This document shows positions 13,292-24,422 of a stretch of DNA of 46,667 bases, piece by piece; the stretch's first letter is position 1, and the number at the start of each line of letters is the position of its first letter. The DNA lies in sequence record NC_054651.1; one strand, given 5' to 3'. The position numbers were made by a program, and so were the translations under genes. Below the pieces are notes generated by a model. It did not search any database, had not been told where the DNA came from, and saw nothing but the letters and a program-made list of their open reading frames with translations. This stretch comes from Escherichia phage C1.

Positions 13292-13660
13292 CACAACCCG
13301 CAAAAGCAACTCATGTACGGGCCGCTTCTCTTCCGTCAGCATCGGCCTACCGAGCGGAGCCTGCAACTGGATGTAGTTAACGCACGAATCAATCGGATGC
13401 GTCTTGATGTATTCGATAATTTCATTGGCTTTAGCATCAACATCAGCAACGTTGTACTGGCCTTGCTTGCCAACAACATACAGAGAGAAATAGAAGTCAC
13501 CGCCGAGTCCATTCATCACCTGCGTGCCGCCGTTGGATTGCAGGACAATAAATTGCTCACTGCCATCTCCAGTGTCATTCCAGAACTGCAATTGCGAAGT
13601 CCAGCCATCATACAATCCAGCATCCTGAAGATATGTATCAACCAGTTCAAGCATGTTCAC
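13286..13660 (-). CDS. head-tail joining protein (tail terminator/neck position)
   Basis: 124 aa; last of four compact, overlapping small genes between capsid and major tail genes. Confidence 0.4.
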   Translation of the reverse strand: MNMLELVDTYLQDAGLYDGWTSQLQFWNDTGDGSEQFIVLQSNGGTQVMNGLGGDFYFSLYVVGKQGQYNVADVDAKANEIIEYIKTHPIDSCVNYIQLQAPLGRPMLTEEKRPVHELLLRVVK

Positions 13661-14055
13661 AGTTTCATCTCCTTTTTAATCACGCTATCAACAAGGTCTT
13701 TTGTGCGTTGCGCTGCTTTGGTCAGAAATTGCGGTTCACCGCCCGGAGACCAGTACGTGCCATTGCCGTTGCTGCGTGGTTTGCCTGTAAGTTTGCCACT
13801 GGCATTGTGGACGTACAGCGCATATTTTGCAGAGTAGCCAACTTTGCCAGTGATCCGCGTTCCGTTAACTTCCACGGTATCAAACTGGCTGTTAATCAGC
13901 GTCGATGTATCAATTGGCGTCAACGTGGCTGATTCAGTGCGGATGATGTATGTCGCCGACTTCAGGGCGCGCACAGCTTTCGTGGCAATTATCTCATCCA
14001 CAATCTGCGATGTTCTTTCTACGGCCTGCCGGATGCCTCTTAATTTCGCTGGCAT
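13657..14055 (-). CDS. head-tail joining protein (tail completion position)
   Basis: 132 aa; start overlaps upstream stop; synteny. Confidence 0.4.
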   Translation of the reverse strand: MPAKLRGIRQAVERTSQIVDEIIATKAVRALKSATYIIRTESATLTPIDTSTLINSQFDTVEVNGTRITGKVGYSAKYALYVHNASGKLTGKPRSNGNGTYWSPGGEPQFLTKAAQRTKDLVDSVIKKEMKL

Positions 14056-14402
14056 TATGTCACCAGCGCAAAGTCAGGCGGCTCAGCACGATTGAACGTA
14101 TTGCCGTAATTAATCACATTCAGAATCTGGTTTGCACCAGCCGCCAGCGGGTCAGCTTCTGTCGCCGTGCCAATCATGATGTAATCACCTACCTTGGCGT
14201 CAGTGTATTCCGTCCAGAAGGTATTTTTCTGCACAATCTCATTACCTTTCGCATCAGTCGATACATCATCATTAAAGCCATAATCGCACATGATGCTCAC
14301 TGGCGCGCCAAAAGTCGGCTTGCCGTACTTGTCAGTGCCGCTTTTGTGCCAGATTGTGCATGGTTGCGTGTAGGAAAACCGAGCCAGTGAAGTCATTTGC
14401 AT
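14055..14402 (-). CDS. head-tail joining protein (head closure position)
   Basis: 115 aa; synteny. Confidence 0.4.
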   Translation of the reverse strand: MQMTSLARFSYTQPCTIWHKSGTDKYGKPTFGAPVSIMCDYGFNDDVSTDAKGNEIVQKNTFWTEYTDAKVGDYIMIGTATEADPLAAGANQILNVINYGNTFNRAEPPDFALVT

Positions 14403-14821
14403 TTACTCCCACGCACAACCGCAAACCACGGCTTGCCGCCGCCGTCAGGGTCTTCCACCAAATCGCCAGTGCATCCTGCTGTATCCAGTAGTTTCATCTG
14501 ATTGTACAGCGCCACCCACGGCTTACTGCCATACGAGAATGATTGTGATGCACCAGATGGTGCGCTCTGGCTGGTAACGTAGCGCCCGGCGGTATTTGCG
14601 CTAATCAGAATTGAAGCCCACAGCATGATCGCATTTTGTCGGCATTCATCATTTGGGTAGCTCAGCTCAAGGCATTCACTGATTGACGCCACAAGGCACA
14701 GAATGCCAGACGCATCCGTTGTGGTGATAGTCATCCCGCGCGACGCCATCTGACTGACCAGCTCTTCAGGTGTTGGTGCTGTCATTTCTCTTTGACTCCC
14801 GTACTTTCCACCACATCTCAA
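14393..14821 (-). CDS. head-tail connector/adaptor protein (putative)
   Basis: ORF-track ORF; likely true start at MTAPTPEE (about 14785); synteny. Confidence 0.4.
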   Translation of the reverse strand: MRCGGKYGSQREMTAPTPEELVSQMASRGMTITTTDASGILCLVASISECLELSYPNDECRQNAIMLWASILISANTAGRYVTSQSAPSGASQSFSYGSKPWVALYNQMKLLDTAGCTGDLVEDPDGGGKPWFAVVRGSKCK

Positions 14822-15050
14822 ACAGGTTCTTTATTACCAGCGACAGTGCACCGAGGATTGACGCCACTGCCGCCCACTCCGTCAGGCTGTGTGGAATCAT
14901 AGCCTCAAAATAAGACTGCGTGACAGGTGTTTGCTCTGCAACTTTCAGGCCGATGCCAGTACCAATAGAGGCATATCCAGCCTTGTCAATCACCTGTCCC
15001 GTCGTCCCGCTTATAACCTGCTCTGCGGCCTGCCTTAGTGTTTCGTTCAT
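14766..15050 (-). CDS. small protein with C-terminal transmembrane helix
   Basis: 94 aa; hydrophobic stretch WAAVASILGALSLVIKNLF then basic tail. Confidence 0.4.
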   Translation of the reverse strand: MNETLRQAAEQVISGTTGQVIDKAGYASIGTGIGLKVAEQTPVTQSYFEAMIPHSLTEWAAVASILGALSLVIKNLFEMWWKVRESKRNDSTNT

Positions 15051-15082
15051 TGCGAGTCTCGCTGATGATATGTTTCCAGCAC

Positions 15083-15523
15083 TTATAGATTTGAATCAGC
15101 GAAAAAACGATGGCGACCACGCCAAGAACAATGTCCAATTTCGCCGCCCCATTTAAAAGTGATGGAAAGGATGAACAGATGGATGCCGATAATAATAAAT
15201 GCGTACTGCGCATGAAGCGGCGTTTCTACAGGCGTGATAAATTCCCATACGAATGACTCTATCGCTACCAGCCATTCGTAAAGGCTCATCGTCAGCACGC
15301 AGAGCGCCATCTTTGTACTTTTGCGCAGCGCAATAGCTGGAAACAACCAGATCATAGACTGCGCAAGGTAATACAGATATTCGGCGGGAAATGAATCAGC
15401 AAGCACCCATCCAAGATACACAGACATCGCCATTGCCGGAATGAACACCAGAAACGCAACCATGCCCGTGCAGGCAAAACCCAGCACATACATGATCATG
15501 ATGGCAATGTCTGCGCCGAACAT
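15083..15523 (-). CDS. polytopic inner-membrane protein, unknown function
   Basis: 146 aa with about 4 hydrophobic helices. Confidence 0.45.
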   Translation of the reverse strand: MFGADIAIMIMYVLGFACTGMVAFLVFIPAMAMSVYLGWVLADSFPAEYLYYLAQSMIWLFPAIALRKSTKMALCVLTMSLYEWLVAIESFVWEFITPVETPLHAQYAFIIIGIHLFILSITFKWGGEIGHCSWRGRHRFFADSNL

Positions 15524-15525
15524 TA

Positions 15526-15642
15526 TTTCTTACCGCGCGATGGTGAGCGGGTGGAACCGTTTGGCTTCACTGCGCCAGCTTTGCCGCCAGCTTTGGTATT
15601 GCCAGTGGCGCGTGAGCGAGACGGCGAATTGGTTGAACCCAT
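15526..15642 (-). CDS. small basic Ser/Gly-rich protein
   Basis: 39 aa ORF below track threshold; strong SD (AGGAG) before ATG; stop overlaps next ATG. Confidence 0.3.
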
Positions 15643-15689
15643 GTTTAAATCTCCTGTTGTTTGATTAGCATGATTTTAGCATATTCCTG

Positions 15690-15718
15690 TTGACGTAGAT
15701 TAGTGTGGCGTTTATAGT
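15690..15718 (+). promoter_or_regulatory. sigma70-type promoter TTGACG-17-TATAGT for ParB/MTase/clamp cassette
   Basis: Hexamers with 17 bp spacer; contains TGACGTAGATT and a second TGACGTAGAAAC copy just downstream. Confidence 0.55.
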
Positions 15719-15741
15719 TAGTGACGTAGAAACAACAATAA

Positions 15742-15933
15742 ATGTTAGAGGTGATGGAAATGGAAGGTAAAACAGAAGTTGTGGTTGTTGATGTTTTTTA
15801 TCAAGCATCAGACGAAGGCATTCCAGCTCACTGGTGCTGCCAGTTTATTCGCGATGGATGGACTGGTTATGAATATTTTGATAACTCAGAAGATGCATAT
15901 AACTATGCTTACTCACATGGATTTCAAGGATAA
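15742..15933 (+). CDS. hypothetical small acidic protein
   Basis: 63 aa ORF, first gene after promoter; likely start at internal ATG near 15757. Confidence 0.4.
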   Translation: MLEVMEMEGKTEVVVVDVFYQASDEGIPAHWCCQFIRDGWTGYEYFDNSEDAYNYAYSHGFQG

Positions 15934-15936
15934 ACA

Positions 15937-16746
15937 ATGAAAACACTAAGCAAAATCTATTCAGACAAAGAAACGCGCAACGGTATCGCTGTCAATAAAA
16001 CCTATCTCGTGCCAGTTGAGCAAATCTATCTTGAGCCTGGATACAACATCCGCGAAGCCGATGAACAGCATGTGGAATATTTCGCGCAGTGCTGGGAATC
16101 AGGTCAGCCACTGCCAGCATTAACAGTTATTCCTGACGAGAAGGGAATCCGCATTCTTGATGGTCAACATCGCTACCTCGGCGCATTGCGTGCCATTGAG
16201 CGTGGCGCACCAATCGTTCGTATTGAGTGTAAGGATTTCACTGGCGATGAGGCGGACAAAATTGCCTTCATGGTGTCATCCAGTCAGGGGAAGCAACTTG
16301 ACCCGTTTGAGCGCGCAAAGGCTTACACACGACTGAAGGGTTTTGGCTGGACGAATGAAGAAATAGCCAAGAAGGTAGGTCGTTCAGTATCTGACGTGCA
16401 GATGCATCTGTCACTGGGTGATGTGCCTGCGGAAGTAAAAGCGCGAATCAGTGCCGGGCAAATCAGCTATGCAAATGCCGTAGCAGTAACTCGCGAGCAT
16501 GGCGATGATGCGGTAAAAGTTATCGACGAGGCAGTCGAAGAAGCTAAAGCACAAGGCAAAGACAAGGTCACAGCCAAAGTGCTGAAGTCGAAAAAGATTA
16601 AGCCAATAGACCGCCTGATTGAGTTATTGAAGCCAGCAGACCATGTGATTCTTCCTGCTGGTCATGTAGTGGCAGAGGATGAGGAGTTTATCCAGATTCC
16701 TGTTGCTGATATTCACGAGGTTATGGCAATTCTGGAGAAGATGTGA
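15937..16746 (+). CDS. ParB-like nuclease domain protein
   Basis: 269 aa; ParB/Srx N-terminal domain pattern including ILDGQHRYLGALRA; stop overlaps downstream start. Confidence 0.7.
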   Translation: MKTLSKIYSDKETRNGIAVNKTYLVPVEQIYLEPGYNIREADEQHVEYFAQCWESGQPLPALTVIPDEKGIRILDGQHRYLGALRAIERGAPIVRIECKDFTGDEADKIAFMVSSSQGKQLDPFERAKAYTRLKGFGWTNEEIAKKVGRSVSDVQMHLSLGDVPAEVKARISAGQISYANAVAVTREHGDDAVKVIDEAVEEAKAQGKDKVTAKVLKSKKIKPIDRLIELLKPADHVILPAGHVVAEDEEFIQIPVADIHEVMAILEKM

Positions 16747-17626
16747 TGATTATAAATGAAGACGTGAAATTAATTCATGGCGATTGCCTGGAAGTCATGA
16801 AGTCTATTCCTTACAGTAGCGTTGATTTGATTTTGTGCGATTTGCCGTATGGGACGACACGCAACAAGTGGGATAGCGTTATAGAACTGCAGTCGATGTG
16901 GGCCGAGTACAAGCGCATTTCCCGTGGCGCTATCGTGCTCACAGCGCAGGCGCCATTCGACAAGATTCTTGGAGCATCAAATATCGGCATGTTTCGATAT
17001 GAGTGGATCTGGCAAAAAACGAAAGCAACAGGTCACTTGAACGCAAAGATTCAGCCAATGAAAAACCATGAAAACGTCCTTGTTTTTACAAGTCACTACC
17101 AGTGTACAACCCACAGGGACTGGTAAGAAAAGCAGTTCCAACCATAAGAAAGGGTGGAAACAACGGTACGAACTACGGCAAATCAGACAAGGACGCGATT
17201 CAGGAATTTGAGAACTACCCGCGCTCAATCATTGCGATACCAAGCGAAGGCAGAACCATTCACCCAACCCAGAAGCCAGTCGCGCTGATGGAGTACCTTG
17301 TCCGCACCTACACCAACGAAGGCGACGTGGTTATGGATAACTGCATGGGTAGTGGCACGACCGGAGTCGCCTGCGTGAACACTGGTCGTCGTTTCATCGG
17401 AATAGAAAAAGATGATGAGTATTTTGAAATAGCAAAAAAAAAGGATTTTAGGATGAACGCCGAACAATTCATCGAAAAACAACTCCGCGCCAAGCTGCCT
17501 GACATCGACCAGATGGCAGTTGATGCGGCGATTCAGTATTACAAGCGCAATCAGAGCGCAAAGAAGGGTGGCATTTTTGAAGAATGCCTGAAGGTTGCAA
17601 GGCAACACATGATTAAGGTGAAGTGA
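16743..17626 (+). pseudogene. N6-adenine DNA methyltransferase (Dam-like, beta class), split by a frameshift near 17072..17126
   Basis: ORF 16743..17126 carries LILCDLPYG (motif IV-like) and ends ...[19 protein letters not shown]; overlapping ORF in another frame (17102..17626) carries HPTQKP and [12 protein letters not shown] (motif I, AdoMet binding). Confidence 0.7.
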
Positions 17627-18162
17627 TGAAACTAAAAATAAGCAAACTATTACTTGAATCAGCATTAATCTTTCAGGCTCGCAACGATGTGCGTTACTAC
17701 CTGAATGGAATCTGCTTTATGACTAATGGTCGCATTGCGTCAACTGACGGTCATCGCGCATTCATTGGTGGAAGCCATGACAATAAGCTGACAGAAAATG
17801 TGATCATCAAGATTGGCAAATCTCCAACAAAACGCTATGAGTACGCCATTATTGATACCAAGTCGAAAATTGCGACGTATCATGATGAAGCTGGCGCGAT
17901 GGTTGGTGCTGGTATCTGCGAAGAGATTGATGGCCGATTTCCTGATATTGATCGCGTAATACCAAATGAAACGAAAGCAGCAGAGGAAATCGGCTTTAAT
18001 GCTGGTTATCTCGTGGATATCGAGAAAGTGGCGAAGCTGTTTAATCCTAAATTCTGTGGCGTTAAGTTTGAATTGAATGGGAATACAAATGCCGCCGCTT
18101 GCTGCCTTAATGCGCCATCTGGCGAGACTGCGAAGATTGTTGTTATGCCTATGCGACTATAG
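17623..18162 (+). CDS. truncated DnaN-like sliding-clamp protein (beta-clamp homolog fragment)
   Basis: 179 aa; blocks [37 protein letters not shown] and C-terminal VVMPMRL match remembered E. coli DnaN blocks; about half the length of DnaN. Confidence 0.7.
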   Translation: MMKLKISKLLLESALIFQARNDVRYYLNGICFMTNGRIASTDGHRAFIGGSHDNKLTENVIIKIGKSPTKRYEYAIIDTKSKIATYHDEAGAMVGAGICEEIDGRFPDIDRVIPNETKAAEEIGFNAGYLVDIEKVAKLFNPKFCGVKFELNGNTNAAACCLNAPSGETAKIVVMPMRL

Positions 18163-18166
18163 CAAT

Positions 18167-18196
18167 AAAAAGCCCCGGAAGGGGCTTTTCTTTTAT
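18167..18196. terminator. bidirectional rho-independent terminator
   Basis: AGCCCC-ggaa-GGGGCT hairpin with A-run upstream and T-run downstream between convergent genes. Confidence 0.7.
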
Positions 18197-19056
18197 CACG
18201 CCAGATAAGTATCATCCTCAAACCACGAGACATACGCATTGATATTCTGCGCCGCAGTATCCAGTGATGTTATGCGAAGCAAATACGTCGTATTTGGTGT
18301 CATGATAATCTGCTCGCCGAGTTTCGCCTGCGAGTTACCCTGCCCCTGATTAGATGCATTCCCTTCGCTATACGTTGCTGCAACCGTTAGCTGTCCAATG
18401 TTTGTCACGGTAGCGCCAGTAAGTAACTGCGCAGTAGCTGCCTGCGGCGTTATGTCGTTTGGGTTGTTAATCTCTGCCGCCGTACCGCCAGTGGCAACCG
18501 CGCCGCGATAGATTGATGCAACAACACCTTTCCCTGTATAACCAATAATGCGCTGGTTGAATATCACCTGCTTTGTTCCGGTGATAAAGATGCTGTCAAG
18601 GTTTGAGCCGCCAGCAACATCAGTTACTCTACGCGACGCAGTGAACAGCTTGCCTTGCTTATTGGCGCGTTCAATATATGACTGCGTGGTAATATCGCTT
18701 AACGCCACATCCGGCTGAAGGTTTACTATCGATTGCGGAGACACACCAGCTCGCCAGACCGAAACGCGCAGCGAACTTACCGCTGCTGGCAATTCAGTTT
18801 TGATTATCTTCAGGCGCAATGCCACACCGTAATAATTATTATTGTTGACGTCAATCCAGTAATTTCCAGACTCAAAAGGTGACACCTTCACGGACACGGT
18901 GCCGCTAACCAGTGGCGTGTATGCACCAGATGAATCAAGTGGCATCACGTTAACCTGTAGCGCAGTCCAGTCAGCGGACATCAGCTCATCAAGCATCACC
19001 TCGCCATTATCACGCGTGGTGAATATGTCGTATCTTACAGCCATAGAAACCCCCAA
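18196..19056 (-). CDS. putative virion structural protein (unknown role)
   Basis: 286 aa, Thr/Ala/Gly-rich; bracketed by strong terminators just downstream of capsid gene. Confidence 0.4.
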   Translation of the reverse strand: MGVSMAVRYDIFTTRDNGEVMLDELMSADWTALQVNVMPLDSSGAYTPLVSGTVSVKVSPFESGNYWIDVNNNNYYGVALRLKIIKTELPAAVSSLRVSVWRAGVSPQSIVNLQPDVALSDITTQSYIERANKQGKLFTASRRVTDVAGGSNLDSIFITGTKQVIFNQRIIGYTGKGVVASIYRGAVATGGTAAEINNPNDITPQAATAQLLTGATVTNIGQLTVAATYSEGNASNQGQGNSQAKLGEQIIMTPNTTYLLRITSLDTAAQNINAYVSWFEDDTYLA

Positions 19057-19082
19057 TAAAAAACCCGCATGATGCGGGTTTA
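19047..19082 (-). terminator. rho-independent terminator
   Basis: AACCCGCATGATGCGGGTT hairpin with T-run on minus strand. Confidence 0.65.
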
Positions 19083-19084
19083 GT

Positions 19085-19282
19085 TTACTCTGCTTTCTTT
19101 TTCTTTGTCGTCTTTTCTTGTGGGGTTGCGACTTCGAAAGATTTTTCCAGTTCTGGCATGACGCGCAGCTTTGACATCAGATGATCAGCTGGTTCGGTAA
19201 TCACCTCGCCAAGCTGCAATTCACGAATCTTGCCTTTCTCCTTAACAAAGATTCCGCGTGCGATGACTTCGTATTTAGCCAT
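19085..19282 (-). CDS. hypothetical small protein, Lys-rich C-terminus
   Basis: 65 aa ORF between two terminators. Confidence 0.4.
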   Translation of the reverse strand: MAKYEVIARGIFVKEKGKIRELQLGEVITEPADHLMSKLRVMPELEKSFEVATPQEKTTKKKKAE

Positions 19283-19297
19283 TATTCACCTCAATTC

Positions 19298-19326
19298 ATA
19301 AAGGGGCTTTCGCCCCTTTTTTTTAT
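19298..19326. terminator. rho-independent terminator after capsid gene
   Basis: AAAGGGGC-tttc-GCCCCTTT hairpin followed by T8. Confidence 0.7.
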
Positions 19327-20396
19327 TACACCGGAGTTTGCGTGCCGTAGCCGTTGAATACTCTGGATTTGCCAGTGGCATCCTTGCGAATTTGTAGACC
19401 AAAAGCCGACCACACGAGGAAGTTAAAGTTATCGTGCGGGTTAGCACGGGCAGCCGCATAGGTGGAAACAGGCTGAGCAACACGCGGACGGATGTACATG
19501 TCGTTGCGAACATAGCCAACAAAATGGTTGCCGGTCAGCAGGAAGTTGGTGCCAATCTTGCCGATGCGACCGTTACCGAACTGCGTGATGTACTGCTCAA
19601 CCGTGCCGCCTTTGAAGCCTGCTGCATCAGAATACGGACGCATGAAGCTGCGACGCACTGCCGGGGAAACCCACAGAGTCACCTGCTCAAATACGTTCTG
19701 CGCATCCAGAATAGCCTGGAAATCCTGATTGAAGAAGGTCACGATTTCATCTGGCGTTGCAGTTTGCAGGTCGATATTCAGACCGCCGGAAGCATTCAGG
19801 TTAACCTGAATGGTGTTCGGGTGGTTGGTGATACCGTAACCAGTGTAAACGCCGTTCACGTTCAGAGTCTGGTCGCCAGTCAGCAGATACTGTGCCATAT
19901 CGGAACGCAGGTTAAAGGTAACGTTAGCCTGATCGTCCAGTAGAGGGTCGAAACCTTCAGACTGCATACCCAGCAGTTCGCGCCATTCGCGGCTGTAGCC
20001 AGTCTTGAAGATTGGAATCACATCGCCAGTGTAATCGTAGCGAGTTTTATCCAAATCTTCCGGCTCCTGACCAGACAGAGTGCGGACGACCTTGCCAGCA
20101 TCGGAAGCAATGCGGCTGATTGCCACGGTCTTACCAATGTTGATGTTTGCCGCGATACCCATCAGGTCAGCCATCATGTCCTGACCAGCTTCGTTGCGGA
20201 AAACGCGGGTGGTAACGTTATCCACGTCGCGCCAGTAATCTTTCGTTACCAGTGCGGTGGCGTTAACGCCGTATGTTTTCGCCAGCTCAGCTTCTGCGTT
20301 GCAGAATACCTTGCGGTCGATGGTCAGATGTTTCCACTGGTCAGCCACCACTGCGGAGTTGGCTACCAGGTCTTTGGTAAAAATAATCTTTTCCAT
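19326..20396 (-). CDS. major capsid protein (putative)
   Basis: 356 aa; position downstream of scaffold and decoration-like genes and followed by a strong terminator. Confidence 0.55.
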   Translation of the reverse strand: MEKIIFTKDLVANSAVVADQWKHLTIDRKVFCNAEAELAKTYGVNATALVTKDYWRDVDNVTTRVFRNEAGQDMMADLMGIAANINIGKTVAISRIASDAGKVVRTLSGQEPEDLDKTRYDYTGDVIPIFKTGYSREWRELLGMQSEGFDPLLDDQANVTFNLRSDMAQYLLTGDQTLNVNGVYTGYGITNHPNTIQVNLNASGGLNIDLQTATPDEIVTFFNQDFQAILDAQNVFEQVTLWVSPAVRRSFMRPYSDAAGFKGGTVEQYITQFGNGRIGKIGTNFLLTGNHFVGYVRNDMYIRPRVAQPVSTYAAARANPHDNFNFLVWSAFGLQIRKDATGKSRVFNGYGTQTPV

Positions 20397-20398
20397 TA

Positions 20399-22278
<1,880 letters not shown>

Positions 22279-22615
22279 GGTTAACTCTCCACGGTTAGTT
22301 TGTGGTCGAATTATAACACAGTGAGATATAGCACCATGAGGCGGTAGCCAGTGCAAATAATGGCGAATTGGTGAGTGCGTACAGCGTGAGAAAGTAAGTG
22401 ATAGGGATTATATTCATGGGCTACCTCCTTATTAAATGATAGCAGCCCATGCTGAACAAAAGATATACGGTGTTAGTCTGAAATCACATCATCCATAAAT
22501 GCGAGCGCGGCACCTGAAAGACAGAACAGAGCGCCATAGCAAATCATCTGGTACAGCGTATCAGCCTCAAATACCCTTGCGAATGCGTAGGCTGATAGTA
22601 TCCAAAGCAATGGAA

Positions 22616-22942
22616 TCATAATCCTGCCTCCTGCTTCGCCCGGTGAACGTATGACATGAACTTGCCAATCGGCATTTCCTTACGGATTTGCGCCAGAATT
22701 GCCCCGTGAATCATTCTTTCTTCGCCAAAATACAGCTTATCCAGTCGCGTTTTGATAAGTGCTCGCGTGCGCTTCATATGGTTGCGAGCCTTAAGTGCTT
22801 TCTCATGCCAGACGCGATCATTCTTCTTATCAGCATATTGCAGTTGACGCTCAACGGTTTCGATTTCGAAAGCCAGTTGCACGTCGTAATCTTCAAGCTG
22901 AATAATGTCTGCCTTCATGATGTCGTTTAATGGGATAATCAT
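22616..22942 (-). CDS. hypothetical protein
   Basis: 108 aa ORF; start overlaps upstream stop. Confidence 0.4.
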   Translation of the reverse strand: MIIPLNDIMKADIIQLEDYDVQLAFEIETVERQLQYADKKNDRVWHEKALKARNHMKRTRALIKTRLDKLYFGEERMIHGAILAQIRKEMPIGKFMSYVHRAKQEAGL

Positions 22943-23343
22943 TTTTTCACCTTTAAGCCTGCTTGCTGAATTGCCAGTTCATATGCATCCATTGCGTCGT
23001 TATAACCAAATGCGACCCCATCCTCGAAATCGGTAGAAAATGCCTCACGCTCTCTTTTTCCCGGACACTCAATCTCAATAGCTGCGCGCGATGCTTGCCA
23101 TGCCAACCATGCAAGGTTTGTTTGATGGCATTTGTACTGCTGGTTATCCCATTCTGTCATTGGGTATTCCGTGCGCCATAAATCAAAGCCCGTCTCTTCC
23201 TTAACCCATTTTTCAAACTGCTCTCTACTCGTCATCTTTACCTCCTCCACTATCCAGCCCATCTTTCTACGGTTACTGGCAATAAACTCATCAGATGTTA
23301 CAAACAGAGTTCTGCCAGATTTATGCTTAATAGCCCATCTCAT
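22939..23343 (-). CDS. hypothetical protein
   Basis: 134 aa ORF. Confidence 0.4.
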   Translation of the reverse strand: MRWAIKHKSGRTLFVTSDEFIASNRRKMGWIVEEVKMTSREQFEKWVKEETGFDLWRTEYPMTEWDNQQYKCHQTNLAWLAWQASRAAIEIECPGKREREAFSTDFEDGVAFGYNDAMDAYELAIQQAGLKVKK

Positions 23344-23468
23344 TTAGTACATCCTCGGCAAGTTTGCGGAACATGATTTGCACTCTTGCCACCTTGCGCC
23401 ACTCAGCCTCGGTGAGAATCACATCCTCCTGCTGCGGCATACCTGACATTTCGCATGGCGGTAATGGC

Positions 23469-23957
23469 TCATACTCTTGCTTCTTGCGTTTTGCTTTCCC
23501 CATGCTGACCTCTTACGTTGCGAAGCAGTGAATTGAACAGGTTGCTGACATTAACCTCCTGCTCACGCCATGAGTAACGCCATAGCTTCTTGTGGTGGTC
23601 ATAGCTTCGCGTCACGTCACCGTTATGAAACATAATGCGGATGCGGCTTTTCACGATGCGATAGTCAATGCCAGTGGCGGAGCTAATATCTTTCACTTCT
23701 GCGCCAGCGTTATCAAGCAGGTGACACTTAATCGCATCATCAATACCAGCGGAATCATCATGGATGAAATATTTATACTGCCACTTTCCACCGCGAATCA
23801 CCGACTTCTCCCGTCGAATGAAACCCAGCGCAAGCATCTCATGCAAACGATGCGTTGTGGTGCTTGAATGCTTGCCGCCGCAATGCTTCTCAATGTATGC
23901 GCGCGTTGCACCGGGGTGATTGATAATCACGCGCATGATTTGTGATTTATAGTCCAT
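23469..23957 (-). CDS. hypothetical protein, possible winged-helix DNA-binding
   Basis: ORF 23469..23990; likely start at MDYKSQIMRV. Confidence 0.35.
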   Translation of the reverse strand: MDYKSQIMRVIINHPGATRAYIEKHCGGKHSSTTTHRLHEMLALGFIRREKSVIRGGKWQYKYFIHDDSAGIDDAIKCHLLDNAGAEVKDISSATGIDYRIVKSRIRIMFHNGDVTRSYDHHKKLWRYSWREQEVNVSNLFNSLLRNVRGQHGESKTQEARV

Positions 23958-24195
23958 GATCGCGTTCCTCTGCTGCCTGATTGAAGTCATCGGCGGTGTA
24001 GAGGTGTCCGTTGCGAGTATTCCACTTCTTCATTGCCGTGGATGCGCAACAATACGAGTCAGTACGGCAAAAACAATTACCACACTCAACGTGCAACCCT
24101 TCACCGTCATCAATAACACTCACGTCATCACAGCAACAAAACGGACATCGTAATAGCTTCTCATTATTCATCATCGGCATATGTGGTGCGCTCAT
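23947..24195 (-). CDS. small Cys-rich (zinc-ribbon-like) protein
   Basis: 82 aa with CPFCCC...CGNCFC pattern. Confidence 0.4.
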   Translation of the reverse strand: MSAPHMPMMNNEKLLRCPFCCCDDVSVIDDGEGLHVECGNCFCRTDSYCCASTAMKKWNTRNGHLYTADDFNQAAEERDHGL

Positions 24196-24422
24196 TTTGT
24201 CATATCCTTAAGTATCTTATTCATGTTTAACTTGCACAGTCTTATCAAAACTCGGTCGCGCCTGTATCTCCACTCCTTTTTATTGCGCATCGGTTGCTTA
24301 AGTAGTGTGCGAAACGTAATATCTTGCCGCTGATTTCTTGACTTCTTGCTTCTGGCGTTTGACTCTCTGATGTCAGCGAGAATCAAGTCAACTAACGTGC
24401 TGAACTTTCTCATTTTAACCAT
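24192..24422 (-). CDS. hypothetical basic protein
   Basis: 76 aa ORF, overlapping start/stop with neighbours. Confidence 0.35.
   Translation of the reverse strand: MVKMRKFSTLVDLILADIRESNARSKKSRNQRQDITFRTLLKQPMRNKKEWRYRRDRVLIRLCKLNMNKILKDMTK

Noticed and set aside
13274-13837. 187 aa plus-strand ORF overlapping the connector genes
   Set aside because: Minus-strand genes here form a translationally coupled series with overlapping stop/start codons; the plus-strand ORF is unusually Leu/Arg-rich and most likely spurious
17072-17126. Programmed ribosomal frameshift in the methyltransferase
   Set aside because: No canonical X_XXY_YYZ slippery heptamer or obvious downstream structure in the overlap; mutation or assembly indel is more parsimonious
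19434-19943. 169 aa plus-strand ORF inside the capsid gene
   Set aside because: Antisense to the putative major capsid gene, which is bracketed by terminators on the minus strand
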